NCBI GenBank assembly: GCA_002269645.1
Contig: NIVC01000761.1
Span: forward strand, 95,152-159,151
Direction of reading: 5' to 3'
DNA from: Macrostomum lignano
Lineage: Eukaryota
Length of the DNA stretch: 64,000 bases
Below the pieces are notes generated by a model that made no database searches, was not told the origin of the DNA, and worked only from the letters and a program-made list of their open reading frames with translations. This document shows positions 13,608-28,235 of this stretch, in pieces. Position numbers and translations under genes: made by a program. The number at the start of each line of letters is the position of its first letter. Position 1 is the first letter of the stretch.

Positions 13608-13934
13608 TCCTCAGTTTAATTCCCCAATTCTGGCAACTCCTCTAGAAACCATCTAGTGCAATTTCCCCAAAAAACTAATCATTTTCTTCTGTGTTTTGTT
13701 ATAGCCAGTGTGTTTCATTTTTATAAACATTTTATCTTCACCCTTCATATCCGTGTTAAATGGAAAGAAAAAAGAAGAAAAATATACTTCCGAACCTTTT
13801 CTGGCTTCTCTCTTGGCGTTTAAATTATCTTTTCACTCGATTGTACGCGTAACGGCGTAAGTGTGCTAAGGCAGGACGCCAGGACATCGCATTAAAAAGT
13901 ACAGATCTGTGGTGTCTCTCGCACTAAGCTCACT

Positions 13935-15705
13935 GTACTTCCTACCCTCTTCTGTCCTTCCTATCCTGTCCTACCCTCTCCTGTCCTTTCCTCTCCTGTC
14001 CTTCCTCTCCTGTCCTTCCCTCTCCTGTCCTTCCTATCCTGTCCTACCCTCTCCTGTCCTTTCCTCTCCTGTCCTTCCTCTCCTGTCCTTCCTCTCCTGT
14101 CCTTCCCTCTCCTGTCCTTCCCTATCCTGTCTTTTCCTCTCCTGTCCTTCCCTATCCTGTCCATCCCTATCCTGTCTTTTCCTCTCCTGTCCTACCCTCT
14201 CCTGTCCTTCCCTCTCCTGTCCTTCCCTCTCCTGTCCTTCCCTATCCTGTCTTTTCCTCTCCTGTCCTTCCCTATCCTGTCCTTCCCTCTCCTGTCCTTC
14301 CCTATCCTGTCTTTTCCTCTCCTGTCCTACCCTCTTCTGTCCTTCCCTCTCCTGTCCTTTCCTCTCCTGTCCTTTCCTATCCCGTCCTTTCCTCTCCTGT
14401 CCTACCCTCTCCTGTCCTTTCCTCTCCTGTCCTTCCTCTCCTGTCCTTCCCTATCCTGTCTTTTCCTCTACTGTCCTTCCCTATCCTGTCCTTTCCTCTC
14501 CTGTCCTTCCTATCCCGTCCTTTCCTCTCCTGTCCTTCCCTCTCCTGTCCTTCCCTTTCCTGTCTTTTCCTCTCCTGTCCTTCCCTATCCTGTCCTTTCC
14601 TATCCTGTCCTTTCCTCTCCTGTCCTTCCTCTCCTGTCCTTCCCTCTCCTGTCCTTCCCTATCCTGTCCTTCCCTATCCTGTCCTTTCCTATTCTGTCTT
14701 TTCCTCTCCTCTCCTTCCCTATCCTGTCTTTTCCTCTCCTGTCCTTTCCTCTCCTGTCCTTTCCTCTCCTGTCCTACCCTCTCCTGTCCTTCCCTCTCCT
14801 GTCCTTCCCTATCCTGTCTTTTCCTCTCCTGTCCTTCCCTATCCTGTCTTTTCCTCTCCTTTCCTTTCCTATCCTGTCTTTTCCTCTCCTGTCCTTCCCT
14901 ATCCTGTCCTTTCCTCTCCTGTCCTTCCCTCTCCTGTCCTTCCTTATCCTGTCTTTTCCTCTCCTGTCCTTCCCTCTCCTGTCCTTTCCTCTCCTGTCCT
15001 TTCCTCTCCTGTCCTACCCTCTCCTGTCCTACCCTCTCCTGTCCTTTCCTCTCCTGTCCTTCCCTCTCCTGTCCTTTCCTCTCCTGTCCTACCCTCTCCT
15101 GTCCTTCCCTATCCTGTCCTTTCCTCTCCTGTCCTTCCTCTCCTGTCCTTTCCTATCCCGTCCTTTCCTCTCCTGTCCTTCCTCTCCTGTCCTTCCTCTC
15201 CTGTCCTTCCCTCTCCTGTCCTTCCCTATCCTGTCTTTTCCTGTCCTGTCCTTCCCTATCCTGTCCTTCCTCTCCTGTCCTTCCCTCTCCTGTCCTTCCC
15301 TATCCTGTCTTTTCCTGTCCTGTCCTTCCCTATCCTGTCTTTTCCTCTCCTGTCCTTCCCTATCCTGTCTTTTCCTCTCCTGTCCTTCCCTATCCTGTCT
15401 TTTCCTCTCCTGTCCTTTCCTATCCTGCCGTACCCTCTCCTGTCCTTCCCTATCCTGTCTTTTCCTCTCCTGTCCTTCCCTATCCTGTCCTTCCCTCTCC
15501 TGTCCTTCCTCTCCTGTCCTTTCCTATCCCGTCCTTTCCTCTCCTGTCCTTCCTCTCCTGTCCTTCCCTCTCCTGTCCTTCCCTATCCTGTCTTTTCCTG
15601 TCCTGTCCTTCCCTATCCTGTCTTTTCCTCTCCTGTCCTTCCCTATCCTGTCTTTTCCTCTCCTGTCCTTTCCTATCCTGCCGTACCCTCTCCTGTCCTT
15701 TCATT
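13935..15705. repeat. 15-bp pyrimidine-rich minisatellite CCTGTCCTTCCCTCT
   Basis: Tandem copies; explains the spurious 626-aa ORF. Confidence 0.95.
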
Positions 15706-16244
15706 TCGCGTTCTTCCCCAGCACAAAGTTGTACATGTACAAAAGTTATGAACATCATCAAATGTCCTCCTACCCAGACTTTTGGTTGACTGGATGGCCA
15801 ACAATTTCAACTAGCAAATTCCCAATTCTAAAAAACACCGCGTGGCCCACTGGTCTGATTTTATGCTTTCTGGGGCCGAACCAAACAATGGTAGATTAGA
15901 ATACGCAGGTGAATATGATCCTTCATCGAACAGGCCTTAACAGGCCTTTTTTAACTGCCGCGATAAAAAGTATGTAGTGAGGTGGCGGGGGATCTGAAAG
16001 CAACAATGCCCGTATAAAATTTTGGCTGCATCGGTTCGTGCTGTCTGCTTGCAGTCTGCCTCATCGGTTTTTTAGGCCACACGCCATGACGCGTGAGCCA
16101 TCTAGTCTCAGTTTCAGAGAGGGCCGCGGTTCCTCAAAGTCAAGGACCACTGCGAATCTGGTGCGCAATACGCCAACTGGATTGGATGGCCAAAACGAGC
16201 GAAGCATTTAGGGAGGGTAGATAGATAAAAATCGAAAAACAGAT

Positions 16245-16500
16245 CACAGACAGACAGACAGACAGACAGACGGACAGACAGACTAGGCAGACAGACAGAC
16301 AAGTCAGACAGACAGACAGACAGACAAGGCAGACAGACAGACAGACGGACAGACAGACAGACAGACTAGGCAGACAGACAGACAGACACACAGACAGACA
16401 GACTAGGCAGACACACAGACAAGTCAGACAGACAAGGCAGACAGACAGACAGACAAGGCAGACAGACAGACAGACGGACAGACAGACAGACAGACTAGGC

Positions 16501-16540
<40 letters not shown>

Positions 16541-16659
16541 TAGGCAGACACACAGACAAGGCAAACAGACAGACAGACAGACAAGGCAGACAGACAAGGC
16601 AGACAGACAGACAGACAAGGCAGACAGACAGACAGACTAGGCAGACAGACAGACAAGGC

Positions 16660-16699
<40 letters not shown>

Positions 16700-16885
16700 T
16701 AGGCAGACACACAGACAAGGCAAACAGACAGACAGACAGACAAGGCAGACAGACAAGGCAGACAGACAAGGCAGACAGACAGACAGACTAGGCAGACAGA
16801 CAGACAAGGCAGACAGACGGACAGACAGGCTGGCAGAAAGACAGACAGACAGACGGACAGACAGACACAGGCTGGCAGACAGACG
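16245..16885. repeat. (GACA)n microsatellite with AGGC variants
   Basis: Direct reading. Confidence 0.95.
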
Positions 16886-17474
16886 GAGAGATGCATTAGT
16901 TAGTTACAATCAGCCCAGTCCAGTTGCCAGTATGAGGGGTCCCTGACCAGCCAGAGCTTGCCCCCTCCGCCACGAGCTGCGTCCTGACTCGACACTGCCA
17001 GTTTTATAACCGCTCGTTGCTGCCCCCACAGGCATACGGAAAATGAGCTTTGTTGTTTGTTTAATTGTGCCGCTCGCATGCAGTTCTTATCAGTGACAAT
17101 CCGCATGTCCCTCCACTGCGTTTTTTGGGATCCGAGCTCTTGGGAAGATTCTCACGGTCCCATTCCCACGAGTTTATAATTGGCACTAATTCAGAATTTC
17201 AGTTATCAGTTGAGGCGAAGTTTGAGAACTCCAAGAGACACGAGCGCAAAAGTCCCGCCTGCATTCAGAGTTCATAAAGGCGGAAGCCTCTGTTGAAAAA
17301 TAAGCAGGTGGGTAGCAGACTTCTAGGTTTCTCTTGGTTATAACCCCCGGACAGGTGCTGCGAGGAATCTTTTTTGCCAAGGGGGGGGGCAAGTAAGAGT
17401 TTCCTGCAACCTAGCTGCAAGTCACTGATAACTTGTTTAGCACTACAGAAGGAATTTTTGCATAAAGGGGACTT

Positions 17475-18225
17475 TAAAGCGCCACAATAGGGATTTTAGC
17501 GCCATGGTGAGGGATTTAGCGCCAATTAATCACCGCATTAAAGATTTTAGCGCCAATTAAGCGCCATGGTGAGGGATTTAGCGCCAATTAATCGCCGCAT
17601 TAAAGATTTTAGCGCCAATTAAGCACCAGAATAGAAATTTTAGCGCTAATTAAGCTCCAGAATAGAGATTTTAGCGCCAATTAAGCGCCAGAATACAGAT
17701 TTTAGCGCCAATTAAGCTACAGAATAGAGATTTTAGCGCCAATAAAGCGCCAGAATACAGATTTTAGCGCCAATAAAGCGCCAGAATACAGATTTTAGCG
17801 CCAAATAAGCTCCACAATAAAGATGTTAGCGCCAATTAAAAGCGCCAGAATAGAGATTTTAGCGCCAGTTAAGTGCCACAATACGTATTTTAGTGCCAAT
17901 TAAGCGCCAGAATTGATTTTAGAGCCAAATAATCGCCAAAATACAGATTTTAGCGCCAAAAAAGCTCCACAATAAAGATGTTAGCGCCAATTAAAAGCGC
18001 CAGAATAGAGATTTTAGCGCCAATTAAGTGCCACAATACGTATTTTAGCGCCAATTAAGCGCCAGAATAGATTTTAGAGCCAAATAATCGCCAAAATAAA
18101 GATTTTAGCGCCAATTAAGCGCCAGAATAGAGATTTTAGCGCCAATTAAGCGCCAGAATAGAGATTTTAGCGCCAATATACGGATTTTAGCGCCAATTAA
18201 GCGCCACAAGAAAGATTTTACCGCT
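17475..18225. repeat. ~29-bp minisatellite GATTTTAGCGCCAATTAAGCGCCAGAATA
   Basis: Tandem copies. Confidence 0.9.
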
Positions 18226-18699
18226 AATGACAGAAATTTGACATGACAGTAGCTGTAGCACTAATAAACCAGTTGGATTGTCACAAACCAGTTATAGGTA
18301 AAAATTTTCAGCAATAATTTTAGTTGTTACTCCATGCTAATATAAATGTTTTTAAACTCCAGTAACAATAGTGATAGTACAATAGTATATACGAGTACGA
18401 GCGCTATAGTGATGCTAAATTGGAAATGCATAACATACAGTGAACTAAGTGTCAATGCGTTAATTGAAACTAGGCAAGGATATAAACTATAAGACCTTCT
18501 ATGGCTTCATTGATAATACATGTACACGTGAAGGTCGAATTCGATGTCTTAGTATTTTCGAAGTTACATGTACCTATACTAGCCAAATAAAATTATTTAT
18601 AGGTAGTACACAGTACTATGAAGTGTATCAATTAAACTTTAAATGTCTGTTTCCGGCACAAAGTACACGTAGTCTTTCAGTGACATTCATAGTCACTCT

Positions 18700-18915
18700 C
18701 GCCTTAGCAACCGAAAGTTACTCTCTCCTTAGCAACCGAAAGTTACTCTCTCCTTAGCAACCGAAAGTTACCCTCTCGTTAGCAACCATAAAGTTACTCT
18801 CTCCTTAGCAACCATAAAGTCACTCTCTCCTTAGCAACCATTAAGTCACTCTCTCCTTAGCAACCATTAAGTCACTCTCTCCTTAGCAACCATTAAGTCA
18901 CTCTCTCCTTAGCAA
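18700..18915. repeat. ~24-bp minisatellite with CCTTAGCAACC core
   Basis: Tandem copies; core shared with 21318-21745. Confidence 0.9.
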
Positions 18916-19854
18916 CTTATCTCGTCGATATACTAAAATCATAAATCTGCACGTTAAAAACTTAAAAGCCAAGGCTGTAAATAAAAAATAAGTTAAGGTA
19001 TAAGAAGCACACATCGAATTGAGATGCTACATAATTTATACTTAAACTCAAATCACAGCTTTCATAGGCATGAGCTGTGCAATATAAGGTGAGAGTTAGA
19101 CAGCAGAGAGATAGGAAGGAGATAACAAAATAGTTGCTAGGGGGGGGGGGCATTGCTATTATAAGAAATCTCTATTGAAATATAAAATACTGTCACATAT
19201 ACTTATATATTTTTGTTTTCAGATTTTTAACAATTAAATTGATTCATAAAATATTAGCCTTTATAGAATTTACTTTCCAAACTCGTCACAATACCAAGGT
19301 GAGTTGTGCTAAAAAAAACAAAAGTTAACAGGCTAATTGGGTTAGTTTTTAGATGTAACAAATAGTAAAAATCAGACAACTGACTACTGGCAGTAGCGAG
19401 TATGGGGCATAATAAGTCGCGTGATGGCATTATTATATAAACTGTTATAATAATAGAATATCAAATAATAATATGACAGATGCTGCACATGCGGTGGGGC
19501 TAAGAGATAATAGCAATGGATGAAGCATAATTAAATAGCTCTATTAGGCGCTGCATACAATGTGAACTGCGCACAGTCACTCGTATTATAAATCTAACTA
19601 TTTTTTTTAAATTTCTAAATTCAACAACTAGGTAAGTTTTAGCAGTGCTATTGTTAGTTAGAAATTTGCTACAAAAGCGAGCGGGCGTGAAAGGTGGCCA
19701 AAGTGCCAATGAATTTTGTGCACTGGTGATATTTATGAAAATAAATAAAGCTCTGGCGACTCTTCATTAGCATTTTTATTCTTCATTCTCAGAGCAAACC
19801 TCTTGTCCGGGGCACTGCTGTAGTGGCTTGCCTGTTTTTAGATAGACTGACAGC

Positions 19855-20095
19855 CTGTGTCTGTATTAGTGTTTGTCTGTCCTAGTGTCTTAGTGTCGTC
19901 TGTCTGTGTGTCTTGTGTCTTAGTGTCTGTCTTTCTGTCTGTGTGTCTGTCTGTCTGTCTGTCTGCCTGTATGTGCCTGTGTGCCTGTCTGTCTTTCTGT
20001 CTGTGTGTCTGTCTGTCTGTCTGTCTGTATGTGCCTGTGTGTCTGTCTGTCTGTATGTGTGTCTGTCTGTGTGTCTGTCTGTCTTTCTGTCTGTG

Positions 20096-20130
<35 letters not shown>

Positions 20131-20141
20131 ATGTGCCTGTG

Positions 20142-20180
<39 letters not shown>

Positions 20181-20492
20181 GTGTCTGTCTGTCTGTCTAT
20201 ATGTGCCTGTGTGTCTGTCTGTCTGTCTGTCTGTCTATATGTGCCTGTGTGTCTGTCTGTCTGTCTGTCTGTCTATATGTGCCTGTGTGTCTGTCTGTCT
20301 GTCTGTCTATATGTGCCTGTGTGTCTGTCTGTCTGTCTGTCTATATGTGCCTGTGTGTCTGTCTGTCTGTCTGTCTGTATGTGCCTGTGTGTCTGTCTGT
20401 CTTTCTGTCTGTGTGTGCCTGTGTGTCTGTCTGTGTATGTCTGGCTGTCTGTCTGGCTGTCTGTCTGTCTGTCCCTGTCTGTCTGTCTGTCT
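19855..20492. repeat. (TGTC)n microsatellite with TATGTGCC variants
   Basis: Direct reading. Confidence 0.95.
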
Positions 20493-21317
20493 GGCCTCTG
20501 AGAACAGAAACTGCAGGATAATGTAGAAGAGAGCAAAATTACACAGAAAACAAAGCTAATTTAGCCGATATAGCAAAACAATGAAATGAAAGACCACTGA
20601 AAAATCGCGATAGGTAATAAATCAATATTAATTAATAAACTACTTTTTTTAAAATTCAGCAACAAAAGCTATGTGCCAAGGCCACTCACAATACCCAAGA
20701 CAACAACTTATGGTAGACAGACAGCGCAACCAACACGAACAAAAATACAAAAACCTAACTTAAAAAAACTTCAGTTATAGCACAGCATGCTACTACTCTC
20801 TAGGGTGCAATGATGAGTAGTATAGTTAGAGCAGTAAGGAAAAGCTGAACAAAGATGACAGAGAAAGTCTAGCAGACAGCAACAGTCCGTTATATGTTGC
20901 GCAGGCATAAATAGATGAATTGATTGACTCTAAGAAAGCATGCGGGGAACCAGAGACAAAGAAAAATAGCTATAGACATATTTATAAATATGATAAATAA
21001 TATTTGTATTATAAAAATAGGTCTCGAAGAACTTTCAGTGCCAGACACCTGTAAATTTGAACAAAAATAAATAAACACATAAATAAGTAGTGTGTAGCGG
21101 GCAGCATTATATTATTTAGGCGCACTCTTTAAGGACACTAAGTTAAAAATTCACTAACTGAAAATAAACTGACAATATGTTTACGCTTCCAGGTTTGTCT
21201 CTATAGGCCATTGATATAAATAGGATGCACGAATACTTATTTAGGAAAACATGTCGCTTCAAGATGGAAATTTATCACCTTAGCAATCTAACAATTGCGT
21301 TACTGACTGTACATCTC

Positions 21318-21745
21318 TTTAGCCATTCTCCTTAGCAACCACTAAGCCACTCGCCTTAGCAACCATAAAGCCACTTTCCTTAGCAACCACTAAGCCACTC
21401 GCCTTAGCAACCATAAAGCCACTCTCCTTAGCAACCATAAAGCCACTCTCCTTAGCAACCATAAAGCCACTCGCCTTAGCAACCATAAAGCCACTCGCCT
21501 TAGCAACCATAAAGCCACTTTCCTTAGCAACCACTAAGCCACGCCTTAGCAACCATAAAGCTATTCACCTTAGCAACCATAAAGCCAGTTTTCTTAGCAA
21601 CCATAAAGCCACTTTCCTTAGCAACCATAAAGCTACTTTCCTTAGCAACCACTAAGCCACTCCTTAGCAACCATAAAGCTATTCGCCGTAGCAACCATAA
21701 AGCCAGTCTTCTTAGCAACCATAAAGCCACTCTCCTTAGCAACTG
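21318..21745. repeat. 24-bp minisatellite CCTTAGCAACCATAAAGCCACTCT
   Basis: Tandem copies. Confidence 0.92.
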
Positions 21746-21955
21746 CAGTAAAGCACATTAGAAACATCATAGCAACAGCGTCATAAATAGCCTTTAAGTA
21801 AACTTTAGAAAACCGAACACCTTAGCAACCACCAAGTTGGCTAAACAACAAGCCTCGAACGATATTAAAAATAATAAATTAACATCGACAAAAATGAGCT
21901 AAAGAAGAAAAGCGGACAGAGTAAAAAAATCTCGACAATTTCAGTCTCTGCAGCC

Positions 21956-24900
21956 TCACAGCTGGTTCGGCGAGGTCGGTCCGCCGCCGCTACCGCTGCC
22001 GCTGGGATGCTGCCGGCGCTGGTCCTCCTGCCGCACCCGCTGCTGGATAATCCGCTCAGCTTTGAGCACACTGGCCTGGGAGCCGCTAATCGTTACAACT
22101 CGATTGCGAGTGTGCGACTGATAATCGCCGCGCTTGGACACCTGAGCGAATGGGAAATGGGATTCAAGGGCTACTCGCGCTGTTCTCCCACGGCTCAGAG
22201 CTAGTGCGCGCCATCTTGGCTTGGAGTTGACGTGAACAGGAACTCGAGAACCTAACATCTCACCCCCTAGATCTCCAGTCTACTAGATCTTAGAATCTAG
22301 TCTCTTCTGAGTTTAGAAATACAGAATTGCACCCACTGGATCTCAGAATCTTACCCATTAGATTCCAGAATCTCACCCTCTACATCTCAGAATCTCACCC
22401 ACTTGATGCCAGAATCTCACCCACTAGATTCCAGAATCTCACCCACTAGATTCCAGACCCTCACCTACTAGATTCCAGAATCTCACCCTCTACATCTCAG
22501 AATCTCACCCACTTGATGCCAGAATCTCACCCATTTGATTCCAGAATCTCACCCACTTGATGCCAGAATCTCACCCATTTGATTCCAGAATCTCACCCAC
22601 TTTATTCCAGAATCTCACCCACTAGATTCCAGAATCTCACCCATTTGATTCCAGAATCTCACCCACTTGATGCCAGAATCTCACCCATTTGATTCCAGAA
22701 TCTCACCCACTAGATTCCAGAATCTCACCCATTAGATTCCAGAATCTCACCCACTTGATGCCAGAATCTCACCCATTTGATTCCAGAATCTCACCCACTT
22801 GATGCCAGAATCTCAACCATTTTATTCCAGAATCTCACCCACTTTATTCCAGAATCTCACCCACTAGATTCCAGAATCTCACCTACTAGATTTCAGAATC
22901 TCACTCACTGGATTCCAGAATCTCACCCATTAGATTCGAGAATCTCACCCACTAGATTCCAGAATCTCACCCCTAGATTCCAGAATCTCACCTACTATAG
23001 ATTTCAGAATCTCACCCTCTACATCTCAGAATCTCACCCACTTGATGCCAGAATCTCACCCATTAGATTTCAGAATCTCAACCACTTGATTCCAGAATTA
23101 CACTCACTGGATTCCAGAATCTCACCCACTTGATGCCAGAATCTCAACCATTTTATTCCAGAATCTCACCCACTTTATTCCAGAATCTCACCCACTAGAT
23201 TCCAGAATCTCACCCACTAGATTCCAGAATCTCACCCACTAGATTCCAGAATCTCACCCACTAGATTCCAGAATCTCACCCACTAGATTCCAGAATCTCA
23301 CCCACTAGATTCCAGAATCTCACCCACTTTATTCCAGAATCTCACCCACTAGATTCCAGAATCTCACCTACTAGATTTCAGAATCTCACCCTCTACATCT
23401 CAGAATCTCACCCACTTGATGCCAGAATCTCACCCATTAGATTTCAGAATCTCAACCACTTGATTCCAGAATTTCACTCACTGGATTCCAGAATCTCACC
23501 CATTAGATTCGAAAATCTCGACCACTAGATTCCAGAATCTCACCCCTAGATTCCAGAATCTCACCCCTAGATTCCAGAATCTCACCCCTAGATTCCAGAA
23601 TCTCACCCCTAGATTCCAGAATCTCACCCCTAGATTCCAGAATCTCACCCACTAGATTCCAGAATCTCATCCACTTGATGCCAGAATCTTACCCACTAGA
23701 TTCCAGAATCTCACTCATTAGATTCGAGAATCTCACCTACTAGATTCCAGAATCTCACCTACTAGATTCCAGAATCTCACCCCTAGATTCCAGAATCTCA
23801 CCCCTAGATTCCAGAATCTCACCCACTAGATTCCAGAATCTAACCCACTTGATGCCAGAATCTCACCCACTTGATGCCAGAATCTCACCCACTATAATCC
23901 AGAATCTCATCCACTTGATGCCAGAATCTCACCCACTAGATTCCAGAATCTCACCCACTAGATTCCCGTATGTTGCAGCAGCCAACTCACTTGAATATTA
24001 GTCTGAGTGGTGCTCTGCAGCTCCGCGATATCCTTCCCACCGGGTCCGATGATAACCCGACTAGGGCTTCGGGAATCTCAAGGTCGCGCTTGCACTGGGC
24101 TGTCGAGTCCCACGCCTGGCCGCCGCCAGCAGCAGTCGAGGACACGACAGTAACGGGCGGCGGCAGCCCCGCATTGGCGGAATAAACGAAGGCGTCCCCG
24201 CCCGGCAGACCACCCGCGGCGCCGCCGCCAAACGGCGCTCCGACGCCGAAATCTGCGCCAGCGGCGGCCGCGGCGGCGGCGGCTGCTGCAGCGGCTGCGG
24301 AAGGATCGGCAGACAGCGGCATCAGAGCCGACAGCGAGCCGTGCGACAAGTTGAAGGACGAGTGAGGCGACTGCAACAGCGACATGGCGCCTCCGCCAGC
24401 GCCGCCGCCGCCCGGAGGTCCAGGAGAGATGATGGCCTGCGGAGGAGGCGGCGGCGGAGGTGCTGGCGGAGCAGCCTGAGGAGTCTGCGCTCCCAGTGAC
24501 TGCAGATTGAAGAAGCCATAACTAGCCAGCGTGAGCATAGCGCTAATAATATCCTCAGCCGCTGAGTCTGAATATCCACTCTGCCTCAGCGAGGCTCGCA
24601 GAGTGTCCAGCGAGATGGAACCGGCCGAACCGAACGAGCAGGCCGAGTTCTGAGACGAGTTCAGACTGAGCGGCGCCCCACCACCGCTGCCGCCTCCAAC
24701 GCCCAGCTGCAGGTCAAAGCCGCTGCCTCCGCTGGCTCCCTGTGGAGAGGAGGCCGCGCTGCCGAGGCCGCTGCCGCCCTGGACGAGCGCGTACGGACTG
24801 CCAGTGGGGTAGGCACTGGCCACCGGGCCTGTGATGTTCGAATAGCTGATGTTCGGACAGCTGGCCGACTGTGGGTCCTCGGCGATCTTGGCCAGGATCA

Positions 24901-26493
24901 TGGCGGCCGCGGCACGGTTCTGATCGGGATCGCCTGCCACAGTGACGCAGCGCTCCGACAGGGCCTGCTCCTTCGGCTTCTGCGAGATCTGCACGTAGGC
25001 ACCGCTGGAGTCCATGATCTCCTTGATGAATGCGCCCTTCTTCCCGATGATCATGCCAGCTGTGCTGTTGGGTACCAGGATCTTCAACTGCGGCGGGTTC
25101 GGGGGTGTTTAATGTACTTCTGAGGTGTGCATTGTACAATGTACTTCTGAGGTGTGCATTGTGCAATGTACTTCTGGGGTGTGCAATGTACTTCTGAGAT
25201 GCACAATGTACTTCTGAGATGCACAGTGTACTTCTGAGATGCACAGTGTACTTCTGAGATGCACAGTGTACTTCTGAGATGCACAGTGTACTTCTGAGGT
25301 GCACAGTGAAGAAAAGAACGACTGTGGGAATAATAATTAACGATAGAAAATCCATACATACGATTCAGCAAAGAGTGCGCATGTTTCTCAATCTCACCTG
25401 TCTATGCCGTTCTACATTGAGTTTGCCGTCCCCAGTCAGTTTGGGACTCGGGTCGGGCTTCTCCAATACCCGATCCATGATGTAGTGGCACACTCCCGTG
25501 ATGGCCTCTACAGCGCCCTGGATTAGGCAGATTCGCTCCGTGGTTCCTAAAAAAACAGGTGTGAGAATATATAGAATAGAAACTCCCAGATCCCATTGGA
25601 TTCAAATCCCAGATCCCATTGGATTCAAATCCCAGATTATATTGGATTCAAATCCCAGATCCCATTGGATTCAAATCCCAAATCCCATTGGATTCAAATC
25701 CCAGATCCCATTGGATTCAAATCCCAGATTCCATTGGATTCAAATTCCAGATTCCATTGGATTCAAATTCCAGATACCATTGGATTCAAATCCCAGATAC
25801 CATTGGATTCAAACCCCAGATACATTGAATTCAAATCCCAGATCCCATTGGATTCAAATCCCAGATCCCATTGGATTCAAATCCCAGATCTCATTGAATT
25901 CAAATCCCAGATCCCATTGGATTCAAATCCCAGATTACATTGGATTCAAATCCCAGATCCCATTGGATTCAAATCCCAGATCCCATTAGATTCAAATCCC
26001 AAATACCATTGGATTCAAATCCCAGATACCATTGGATTCAAATCCCAGATACCATTGGATTCAAACCCCAGATACATTGAATTCAAATCCCAGATCCCAT
26101 TGGATTCAAATCCCAGATCCCATTGGATTCAAATCCCAGATCCCATTGGATTCAAACCTCAGATCCCATTGAATTCAAATACCAGATCCCATTGGATTCA
26201 AATCCCAGATACCATTGGATTCAAATCCCAGATCCCATTGGATTCAAATCCCAGATACCATTGGATTCAAATCCCAGATTCCATTTTAAAGATTAACATA
26301 TTTATCAGAAAATGCTAAACAAAGAATACAAACAAATGCATGTTCTACTCACCTGGATAGCAATCATTAACCTTAGACATTTTAACCTTGGCCCCATAGT
26401 CTTTTTGCACCTGGGCCAGAGCTTCTCCACCCTTGCCAATGATAGCACCAGCAGCAATCGATGGTATTAGAACTTTGAGGTGCACATTGTCAT
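21956..26493 (-). CDS. nova: Nova/pasilla three-KH-domain splicing regulator
   Basis: Exons 26493-26353 ([18 protein letters not shown]...YPG), 25546-25398 ([10 protein letters not shown]), 25087-23991 ([18 protein letters not shown]...QISQKP; linker LTLASYG; start of KH3) and 22141-21956 ([20 protein letters not shown]), all GT-AG. One base is missing at 24056-24058; a probable extra 5' exon lies at 28298-28236. Confidence 0.92.
22320..23966. repeat. 22-bp minisatellite CCAGAATCTCACCCACTAGATT in last Nova intron
   Basis: Tandem copies. Confidence 0.95.
25105..25305. repeat. 20-bp minisatellite GTGTACTTCTGAGATGCACA in Nova intron
   Basis: Tandem copies. Confidence 0.92.
25585..26285. repeat. 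23-bp minisatellite GGATTCAAATCCCAGATCCCATT in Nova intron
   Basis: Tandem copies. Confidence 0.95.
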
Positions 26494-28235
26494 CTAAGAT
26501 GATGTGGGGAAAAGGTTGATGGAGTTTATTGATGGTGAAATAAAGTCTATACATTAATATTTTAATAAATGACTATTGCTTTCTAAGATAGCGATTCCTA
26601 GAAAATTTTGAAGACTCAAAGATAAAGTATTTGATTAAAAAATTTTCAATTTTCATTTCTTGAGAAAGATTACAATCTAATGATATTGGCTAAATTTATA
26701 CCCTATTGGAATAGAATCACCAAAACCTGCAGATGCCACACAGGGGTACTTCAAAGGGCTGTGCCTGCGTAGCCCTATTGGCTATTGGAATAAGTGGCTT
26801 GAACACTCCTGTGCAAGACTTAAAAGAGTTAAGTTACTTATATACATGCACACATATGAACTAGGTAAATGGCTGGAGTAAATCTGCCTATGCCTATGCC
26901 TATCAAGTTTCTCAGGCATGCTAGACAGTGTTTGCAAAATGAAGTCTTATTCCAATAGGGGATATATTGAATATACTTAGTGTACTTATATACTTTTTGG
27001 GTAATATTGCAATGATTATAAATAAAACACTAGCAATTAAATGTTTTGACAAAAACTTTTTAATTGTATTTTAATATAATCTCAAATAAAATATTAATAA
27101 TAAATATACTTTAAATACCTTCCTATTAATATTTTATTACTAACTAATTGGCTTTCAAGTTTTAAATGAATAGTTTTCTTTTTTAATTTTATACTTACTA
27201 GTAAAAGTATTTTATATATTAATTTTACTTGTATATGCCTAAAAATTTGGGCATGCATTAGCCTTGCATGCCAAAGGTAGGCATGCATAGTTGGTGCCTA
27301 AGAAAAGTGTGTGTGTATACCTGGCATGCATCTTAATAGGTTTTTTGGCTTTATGCAACTCAAAAAAGGTCATTTATTATTGCAATATAAAAAGGTCATT
27401 TATTATTACATTGAAAAAAGGTCATTTATTCAAAATATTGTTGCAATACTAATATAGATTTGAGAGTATAAATATGCACTCAATTTTTTATGTGCATAAT
27501 TATTTAATTTTTGTATGAGCATACACATATCATGATCTAGACCATAGTCCGGAAAATGGCCTTTATGCCGGGATTTTCCGGCATATTTTTGGTCTCATTA
27601 ACAATCTTGTTATACACTTGGCATATAGAATTTTCAGGTTTGACATGAAGTGTACACAGTTGGCATACAAAAATAGCCAAGTTTCATGTCAATAGCTAAA
27701 AAATGTATGTACAGTGAATTTAACAAACAATTCTGCAGGATAGTCTATTTTTTTGTATTGGCATAAAAACCCAGCATACAAAACAAGGTCTCATCATTTT
27801 TCCAGTATTAAACCCAGCAAACACTAACACACAATTCAAACTATGGGATAGGGTAGGGCCTCATTTCTCTATATTGTCATTGGCTAAAAATAAAGCAAAA
27901 AATGCATTAGGCCCTAGCTATTAATGAAGTCTATTTAGGAAAAAATTGAAGATACTGTATTTTCTATGTTATTGTTCAGTCATTAACAGATAAGGCCTAA
28001 TGCTTATTAATGATTTTTAATTAACTTCTAGTCAACTTAAATTAAGTTACATAAAGAGTTACCGAATAAGTTAAGATTTAAAAAAATAATATTACTAACG
28101 AAGAAGTTTTTTTATTTGAATTAAAAATTGTCAAATTAGAGTTATAATGAAATAAAAAAACTTATAAGTTAGGTTTTAGAAGTAAACCTAAAGAAAAAAT
28201 AGAAGTAACTAGATTGCTTTTAAAATATCACTTAC

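Noticed and set aside
16050-16990. Possible minus-strand exons flanking the GACA array
   Set aside because: Splice-like signals exist but no frame gives a recognisable or consistent protein
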